Positions 25,809-32,000 of a stretch of DNA of 32,000 nt are shown here, in pieces (the first letter of the stretch is position 1; every line of letters begins with the position of its first letter). The position numbers and the translations under genes are program-made. The stretch is from positions 1,050,001 through 1,082,000 of the forward strand of contig OX638337.1 in NCBI GenBank assembly GCA_951812855.1, written 5' to 3'. The stretch is from an uncultured Lentisphaeria bacterium. Its GTDB lineage: Bacteria; Verrucomicrobiota; Lentisphaeria; JABSQK01; JAJFLO01. The notes beneath the pieces were generated by a model. That model was not told the DNA's origin. It ran no database searches and saw only the letters and a list, made by a program, of their open reading frames with translations.

Positions 25809-28571
25809 ATGGCGAAACAAACTATTTATTTAAATAAACGAATATACTCAGCTTTGATTGTCTTCGTAGCAATGAATATGATATTTATTTCAGGCTGCCG
25901 AACATCGGATTCTGCTAAATCTAAACATGAATCACATGCAGGCAAGGTTGATAACCAGAAAAAAAATAGAACTGATGACACGAAGAGTATAAAAAAACAG
26001 CTTAATGCACAGCAATTTCAGTTAAAAAAAGCACAACACGACATTACCAGAAAATTCAAAAAAATAAACAAAGCGAAAAACAAATCTCAACGGATGGCGG
26101 TCAAGGAAGAGATGATTGCAGCAGAGAAAAATGTTCAATTAATATCAGAAAAGATTTCGGTACTTAGAAACAGACTTGCGGAGATTTCAAAGAAGAAAGA
26201 GATCGACGTTCTTAATAAAAACACTCAAGGGAAAATAGCGAATAATAAGCCTTCATCGCCTACCGAAAAAATTTCTGAAAGTACACCTGCACAGACTGAT
26301 AAGACAATACCATCTCTTTTTACAGATAATCCCAATCCAAACAAAGTAGATCCGGATACAAATTCCGATAATAAACCAACATCGGCTGAGAAGTCTGCAC
26401 CGTCTATATTTTCAAACATTTCTAATTCGGACGAGATATTTACTGCAAGTCCGGCAAAGGAAACCAGGGATTCGGTTGACAAACCTGCAGCTGCCACCCT
26501 GGATCAATCAGTGGACATGCTGACATCAAATCACGATGTGGATACTGCCAATACATCGGTTTTGCCAATTAGAATTCCCAAATCTACACAGCGTACGTTA
26601 GCCAAAGACGAGTATAGCCTGCCAATGGATATGACAAAAGATATTGAAAATCCATCGGAGCAACTTGAAGTCAAATTTAATTTTGACGCTGAGAGCATTG
26701 TGAATGTTGTGCAGATGTTCTCACTTACCCTGGATTTTCAGTATTTTATTGATACTGCTGTATCTGGATCAGTAACCATGACAATTGATACCCTGATGAC
26801 ACGCAGGGAAGCGTGGGAACTCTTCGAGCATATTTTATGGATTTCCGGTTCGTATGCATCCAAACATCACGGATTTATAAATATTCTTCCATTTACTAAA
26901 ATGCCTCAGGAACGACGGATTTTTGCTACACATGATCCAATACCCAATGTAAATGTAGAAATTATAAAACTCTTCAACACAACTCCGGTAGATATTTCCA
27001 ATCTGATCAAGCCTTTCATTACAGCCGGAGCAACGGTTACCGCAATCCAATATTTAAACAGTTTGCTCATTATTGAAGCACCTCCGAATATGGAAAAACT
27101 TAAAGAGCTAATAACAAAACTTGATGTTATGGGAGAAACAGATTGGCCTCAAATAAGTATTCAATGCAACTACGTTGAATCAAAAGTGATTTTAGAAGAG
27201 CTGAAGCAAATATTACCCATTCTGGGATTTTCAGTAACAACTTCAGAAAAAGGAGATGGACACAGTATTAAAATTCTTGAACTCCCCCGTTTACAAATAC
27301 TGATTGCCGCAGCTCCAACCATGGAGGTATTGGAGGAGTTAAAACGTTGGGTAAAAATTCTTGACAACGAGGAATCATCGGAAGAAGAGCGAATATTTTT
27401 TTATGATGTAAAATATAATAATGCAGAAGATTTAAGTGATAATGTCAGTATTTTCTTTAACTCCTCCAATTCAAAATCATCCCGATCCAGATCATCAAGT
27501 TCAACGCCGACTTCAACAATATCCGGTACCGACCGGCCGGCATCATCGAGCCGACAAAAAACAACAAACCAAAATCGACGAACATTCTCAAACAATGAAA
27601 AACCGGCTACCATTTTTGATGTTCCCGTAACCATATTAGCAGACGGCAGTCATAATCGACTTGTAATTCGAACCACAACCCGGGCATACTCAATGTTGGA
27701 AGCATTACTGCGACGCCTGGACACTCCTCCACTTCAAGTTTTGATTCAGGCGACAATTGCTGAAATTACTTTAACCAAGGATACTGAATTTGGATTTATA
27801 TACGCCGCTGAAAAAAGTAAAGGCGATGGCAAAAGCGTAGGAATAGAATTTTCCCCAGGTCTTCCTGCAGCCGCTGACAGGTTGATTGGTATTGACTTTA
27901 ATAAAAACGTAGATGCGACAGTCAATACCGCAACAAATCTAATCGCCGGAGAAGTTTTATCGCAAATTCAAGCTGTCGCAGGAAAAAATAATACACGAAT
28001 CTTAAATTCGCCACAAATTATTGCAATAAGCGATGAGGAAGCAACAATTAATGTAGGTGACAGTATACCCATTGCATCACGAACCGAAACAGGGGATAGT
28101 AACAACGATCGTAATTTCACCGATGTCCAGTACCAGGACACCGGGATAATCTTAACTGTTACACCTCACATTACTGCCAAAAAATTAGTGACTCTGGACA
28201 TTCGTCAAGAAGTATCAGAAGCAATCGAAACAGAAACGTCCAGCATTAATTCGCCCACAATTCAAACTCGTGTCATTGAAACGTCTATGATTATTGAAGA
28301 TGGGAAAACAATTATTCTTGGCGGTATGATTCGATCAAGAAACCAGGACAAAAACCGTGGATTCCCAATTATTAAAGACATCCCCTTAGTTGGAAAACTA
28401 TTCAGTTCAATTGGTAAAAACAGAAGTAGACTTGAATTATTGCTACTCATAACCGTTCATGTCATTGACACAGAAACTGATGTAGATTTACTTATGACTC
28501 GATACCGTGCTGCATTAAAGTCGATTGATGAGTTCAATCAAAAGAATGAAAGTAGTGGAGCGGAAAAATAA
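25809..28571 (+). CDS. gspD: Secretin (GspD/PilQ family), predicted lipoprotein with long N-terminal extension
   Basis: 920 aa. Lipobox 'FISGC' with Cys30 (nt 25896-25898). N-domain-like repeats start from about aa 284. Secretin core is 'RLVIRTTTRAYSMLEALLRRLDTPPLQVLIQATIAEITL', 'ILNSPQIIAISDEEATINVGDSIPI', 'QYQDTGIILTVTPHI', 'IILGGMIRS....GFPIIKDIPLVGKLFSS......ELLLLITVHVI'. Confidence 0.9.
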   Translation: MAKQTIYLNKRIYSALIVFVAMNMIFISGCRTSDSAKSKHESHAGKVDNQKKNRTDDTKSIKKQLNAQQFQLKKAQHDITRKFKKINKAKNKSQRMAVKEEMIAAEKNVQLISEKISVLRNRLAEISKKKEIDVLNKNTQGKIANNKPSSPTEKISESTPAQTDKTIPSLFTDNPNPNKVDPDTNSDNKPTSAEKSAPSIFSNISNSDEIFTASPAKETRDSVDKPAAATLDQSVDMLTSNHDVDTANTSVLPIRIPKSTQRTLAKDEYSLPMDMTKDIENPSEQLEVKFNFDAESIVNVVQMFSLTLDFQYFIDTAVSGSVTMTIDTLMTRREAWELFEHILWISGSYASKHHGFINILPFTKMPQERRIFATHDPIPNVNVEIIKLFNTTPVDISNLIKPFITAGATVTAIQYLNSLLIIEAPPNMEKLKELITKLDVMGETDWPQISIQCNYVESKVILEELKQILPILGFSVTTSEKGDGHSIKILELPRLQILIAAAPTMEVLEELKRWVKILDNEESSEEERIFFYDVKYNNAEDLSDNVSIFFNSSNSKSSRSRSSSSTPTSTISGTDRPASSSRQKTTNQNRRTFSNNEKPATIFDVPVTILADGSHNRLVIRTTTRAYSMLEALLRRLDTPPLQVLIQATIAEITLTKDTEFGFIYAAEKSKGDGKSVGIEFSPGLPAAADRLIGIDFNKNVDATVNTATNLIAGEVLSQIQAVAGKNNTRILNSPQIIAISDEEATINVGDSIPIASRTETGDSNNDRNFTDVQYQDTGIILTVTPHITAKKLVTLDIRQEVSEAIETETSSINSPTIQTRVIETSMIIEDGKTIILGGMIRSRNQDKNRGFPIIKDIPLVGKLFSSIGKNRSRLELLLLITVHVIDTETDVDLLMTRYRAALKSIDEFNQKNESSGAEK

Positions 28572-28597
28572 GTTCTCAACTGTTTAAGGAATAAAAA

Positions 28598-30358
28598 ATG
28601 TCTCAAGAAATTGAAAATAATAATGTTGTTGATAATCCCATAGAACACTCTCAGGACGGGACGGCAGCAGAACAAAAAACAGATAGTAATATTGGACCTA
28701 AATTCCTGACGAAATCAGTGGACCAGTATATTGATGCGATCCGGGAGCATATCGAATCGTGTGTTGACGCGAGTGAGAGTATAAAAGATTTTGAACCTAA
28801 ATTCGAATGGGACTTATCAACTCAGGGGAAAATTTCTGAAAACGAAATCCTCCAGGCCTATGTTAATGCAACAGAGTTAACCGCTATTGAAGAGGAATTA
28901 CTTGAGAATGTTGAGCGATTCCCGGACATAACATTTGAGTACCTGAATAATTGGTTGTGTCTACCTGTGTCCTGGGATTCAGATTCGGTTGTGATCGTCA
29001 TCGCCATGCCGTATTCAATCCCGACTATCGCTTTCCACTGGGACCATTTACTGAATCGGCGGGCATCCTTCTGTTTTGCTCCACGAAGCCGAATTGAGCG
29101 ATTAATCAATTCATTATACAGCCAAATCGAAGATGATGTTTCTGATGATTTATTTAATATGAACGGAGATGCCAGTGAAGCGGCATTGAGGGATTTAGCT
29201 CTGGAAGCACCAATTGTACGCCTGGTGAATGACATGTTTGCTCAGGCAATAGAAATGGGTGCCAGCGATATTCACGTTGAACCATCTGAAGAACATTTGG
29301 CAATTCGGTATCGCGTAGACGGAGTACTGCAAACCATACTGACACCGCCTGCATCGTCATATGCAGCAATTGCATCACGAATAAAATTGATTGGCGGACT
29401 CAACATTGCTGAACGGAGACTGCCGCAGGATGGTCGAACCGAACTGCAGATAGGCCGTGCCCAAATCGATGTCAGGATAAGTACACTCCCATCGATGCAT
29501 GGCGAAAGTATCGTACTGCGGTTGCTTCGTAAAGATATTACTTCATTTACGTTAGAGAATATAGGAATGGAGGATTATATCAAAAAACCCTTCAGCAAAC
29601 TCGTAAAAAAACCCCATGGAATGATACTGGTCGTCGGTCCGACTGGAAGTGGGAAAACCACCACATTATACTGTGTCATGAATCTGCTTGATACTGAAGA
29701 AAAAAAAGTCATAACGATTGAAGATCCGATCGAATATCAGATGAGGGGTGTAACACAAATACAGGTCAAAGCATCAATTGGTCTATCATTTGCAAACGGT
29801 CTTCGTTCGATCGTCCGGCAGGATCCGGATATCATTTTAGTAGGAGAAATTCGTGATAAGGAAACAGCTGAAATTGCAATTCATGCTGCATTAACCGGAC
29901 ACCTTGTATTAAGCACGCTGCATACGAACGATGCGACCGGTGCGATTAGTCGTCTTGTTGATATGGGAGTTGAACCGTTTTTAATTTCATCAGCACTTGT
30001 TGGAGTGATGTCACAAAGATTACTGCGAACAATTTGCAAAAAATGTCAGGGGAAGGGTGTTGTATCTGATATTAAGGAAAAGCGTACAGGAACAGACCCC
30101 AATGATAATGAGCCTTTAACCAAAAACTGCAGAAATTGTAATGGGTCTGGTTATCGCGGACGAGTTGGTATTTTCGAATTTTTGACTATAGATGAAGATA
30201 TCAGGAAGGCCACCGGTCAAGGTGCTGATAATGCCGTTTTAAATAAGATTGCCTGTGATAACGGGATGATCGGATTACTCGAAAGTGGCAAAGAAAAGGT
30301 TAAAAACGGAATTACTACCGAAGCTGAAGTAACACGCGTTTGTCAGCTTAGTATTTAG
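28598..30358 (+). CDS. gspE: GspE/PilB-family type II/IV secretion ATPase
   Basis: 586 aa. T2SSE_N-like domain ('LCLPVSWDSDSVVIVIAMP'). 'ASDIHVEP', 'RLPQDGR', Walker A 'GPTGSGKTT', 'TIEDPIEY', Walker B 'DPDIILVGEIRD', His box 'GHLVLSTLHTNDA', and the tetracysteine 'CKKC...CRNC'. Confidence 0.93.
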   Translation: MSQEIENNNVVDNPIEHSQDGTAAEQKTDSNIGPKFLTKSVDQYIDAIREHIESCVDASESIKDFEPKFEWDLSTQGKISENEILQAYVNATELTAIEEELLENVERFPDITFEYLNNWLCLPVSWDSDSVVIVIAMPYSIPTIAFHWDHLLNRRASFCFAPRSRIERLINSLYSQIEDDVSDDLFNMNGDASEAALRDLALEAPIVRLVNDMFAQAIEMGASDIHVEPSEEHLAIRYRVDGVLQTILTPPASSYAAIASRIKLIGGLNIAERRLPQDGRTELQIGRAQIDVRISTLPSMHGESIVLRLLRKDITSFTLENIGMEDYIKKPFSKLVKKPHGMILVVGPTGSGKTTTLYCVMNLLDTEEKKVITIEDPIEYQMRGVTQIQVKASIGLSFANGLRSIVRQDPDIILVGEIRDKETAEIAIHAALTGHLVLSTLHTNDATGAISRLVDMGVEPFLISSALVGVMSQRLLRTICKKCQGKGVVSDIKEKRTGTDPNDNEPLTKNCRNCNGSGYRGRVGIFEFLTIDEDIRKATGQGADNAVLNKIACDNGMIGLLESGKEKVKNGITTEAEVTRVCQLSI

Positions 30359-30363
30359 CTGCA

Positions 30364-30380
30364 GATTTTAGCTTAAAATC
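30364..30380. terminator. Weak AT-rich hairpin between convergent gspE-like and guaA genes
   Basis: 'gatttta' (30364-30370), loop 'gct', 'taaaatc' (30374-30380). The 7-bp stem is all A/T except one G-C pair. It could be a bidirectional terminator or nothing. Confidence 0.2.
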
Positions 30381-30384
30381 CAAT

Positions 30385-31932
30385 TTACTCCCACTCAATG
30401 GTTCCGGGAGGTTTTGAGCTGATATCATAACAGACCCGGTTTATACCGTGCACTTCATTGATGATTCTATTTGAAATTTTTGAAAGCAATTCGTGAGGTA
30501 ATCGTGCCCAGTCAGCAGTCATGCCGTCAGAACTTTCAACGATTCTTAATGCAATCGCATTTTCATAGGTCCGCTCATCTCCCATAACACCTACACTTCT
30601 GACAGGGAGTAAAACTGCAAATGACTGCCATACTCTGTAATAGAATTCTGCCCTTACCATTTCATCATGTACGATTTTATCAGCCTTTCGCAGAACATCG
30701 AGTCCGACCTTGTCTACTGCACCAATGATCCTGACCGCAAGACCGGGTCCGGGAAAAGGCTGGCGCCAATTCAATTCTCCTGGTAATCCGAGTTGTCGAC
30801 CGACCTCCCTGACTTCATCCTTGAACAATGTTCGCAGCGGTTCGATTAATTCCAGATTCATCGTTTCAGGCAATCCTCCTACATTGTGATGGCTCTTTAT
30901 GACCGCACTCGGGTTGTCATTAATAGAAACGCTTTCGATAACATCCGGGTAGGTTGTTCCCTGTGCGAGATACACCACATTTTTAAATCGCTCAGCCACA
31001 TTATTAAATACTTCAATAAACTCGTGACCGATTATTTTTCGTTTAGATTCAGGTTCTGTTATACCCTCTAACTTCTGTAAAAACTGATCTGACGCATTTT
31101 CAACATGTAGATTGAGTAAAAAACGATTGCTGAATACTTCTTCAATAAATTCAGGTTCACCAGATCGAAGAAGTCCGTTATTTACAAAAACGCAAATTAA
31201 ATTGTCGCCAATCGCTTTCTGTAATAACAAAGCGGTTACAGATGAATCAACCCCCCCGCTTAAACCAAGAATGACCTTATCATTTTTTATCTTTGACTGC
31301 ATATCGGGGATCGTGGTTTCGATGAACGAACTCATAGACCAGTTTGCAGCACAACCACACACTGAGAAAACAAAATTATGCAATAATTTCATGCCGCACG
31401 GTGTATGTGCCACCTCGGGGTGAAATTGAATACCAAAAATTTTCTTGCTGTTATCCGCAATTGCTGCGTGCCTTGTATTTTCTGTTTCAGCGATTGATTC
31501 GAATTCAGAAGGTATCGAGAGAACTTTATCGGAATGACTCATCCAGACCCTTTGTTTATCACCGAGATCATGCAGTAATGGCGACGTTTCATTAATTATT
31601 AATTCCGCATGACCAAACTCTCTGTTGCTGGATGAATCGACTTTTCCTCCCAAAACGTGAACCATAAGTTGAAGGCCATAACAAATACCTAATATTGGAA
31701 TGTTTAAATTAAAAATTTCCGGATCAATTGCAGGTGCATTTTCGCTGTATACACTTGCGGGACCTCCACTTAAAATTATGCCTGATGGGTCAAGCAACTT
31801 TATCTTTTCAGCACTTGTATTATATCGAACGATAAGACTGTACACATTCAATTCTCGAATACGGCGAGCAATAAGTTGAGTATACTGTGAACCAAAATCT
31901 AAAATAATGATGCTTTTCGCAGGTACATCCAT
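30385..31932 (-). CDS. guaA: GMP synthase (glutamine-hydrolysing)
   Basis: 515 aa. GATase 'ILGICYGLQLM', 'FGIQFHPEV'. ATP-PPase P-loop 'GLSGGVDSSV'. C-terminal 'ISSKPPGTIEWE'. Confidence 0.95.
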   Translation of the reverse strand: MDVPAKSIIILDFGSQYTQLIARRIRELNVYSLIVRYNTSAEKIKLLDPSGIILSGGPASVYSENAPAIDPEIFNLNIPILGICYGLQLMVHVLGGKVDSSSNREFGHAELIINETSPLLHDLGDKQRVWMSHSDKVLSIPSEFESIAETENTRHAAIADNSKKIFGIQFHPEVAHTPCGMKLLHNFVFSVCGCAANWSMSSFIETTIPDMQSKIKNDKVILGLSGGVDSSVTALLLQKAIGDNLICVFVNNGLLRSGEPEFIEEVFSNRFLLNLHVENASDQFLQKLEGITEPESKRKIIGHEFIEVFNNVAERFKNVVYLAQGTTYPDVIESVSINDNPSAVIKSHHNVGGLPETMNLELIEPLRTLFKDEVREVGRQLGLPGELNWRQPFPGPGLAVRIIGAVDKVGLDVLRKADKIVHDEMVRAEFYYRVWQSFAVLLPVRSVGVMGDERTYENAIALRIVESSDGMTADWARLPHELLSKISNRIINEVHGINRVCYDISSKPPGTIEWE

Positions 31933-32000
31933 TCAGTATCGAATCCTTTTCTGTGATTTTTTTATCCTGATCCGAAATTCCTCATTACAGGAGGGACACT

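Noticed and set aside
854-29378. Many 60-125-aa ORFs in the six-frame track that lie antisense to or out of frame within long genes (for example 854-1078-, 2522-2890-, 4159-4440+, 5185-5460+, 6312-6650-, 9589-9834+, 13648-13965+, 14209-14577+, 21644-21925-, 23087-23443+, 26225-26497-, 28858-29235-).
   Set aside because: Each is fully nested in a longer ORF with clear family motifs. They have no recognisable motifs, no start context and low-complexity or odd composition. This is typical of shadow ORFs in AT-rich DNA.
1-32000. Search by eye for tRNA, rRNA, tmRNA, CRISPR repeat-spacer arrays, integrase or att sites, toxin-antitoxin pairs and defence-system genes.
   Set aside because: None recognised. 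Intergenic regions are short, and the only strict repeat found is the 32-bp duplication. A tRNAscan/Infernal/CRISPR scan would be needed for formal exclusion.

Overview
This is an AT-rich (by eye about 38-40% GC), densely coding bacterial chromosomal window. Most of it is ordinary housekeeping: serA, guaA, a stand-alone EF-G, a Dus-family tRNA-dihydrouridine synthase, an AICAR-transformylase-only PurH homologue, RmlD-like and YfcH-like SDRs, an MDR enoyl reductase, two tandem CNNM/CorC-type CBS proteins, a GT9 LPS heptosyltransferase, a metallophosphoesterase, a DUF2851 protein and an HtrA protease. The heptosyltransferase and secretin imply a diderm. The mitochondrial-like EF-G suggests a spirochaete, planctomycete, delta-proteobacterial or PVC-like lineage, but taxonomy cannot be settled from this window.

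The most notable locus is a five-gene type IV filament / T2SS-like operon at 22945-30358. It encodes a fused PilM-PilN (GspL-like) protein, a PilO/GspM-like protein, and a PilP/GspC-like protein with Arg-rich and poly-Pro low-complexity parts. These are followed by a lipoprotein secretin with a roughly 250-aa coiled-coil/disordered N-terminal extension and a GspE/PilB ATPase. No platform or pilin gene is adjacent. A probable GspK-like minor pseudopilin sits 22 kb upstream at the window edge.

A large secreted protein with two SH3b domains and cadherin-like repeats is a candidate cargo or adhesin.

The first 11 kb holds three decayed loci. One is an MthK/TrkA-type K+ channel pseudogene with four lesions, including a perfect 32-bp tandem duplication. 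The second is a short relic of an IS256-family transposase. The third is an N-terminally degraded tag gene.

I found no rRNA, tRNA, CRISPR array or intact mobile element. All homology statements come from motif recognition by eye, not from database searches.
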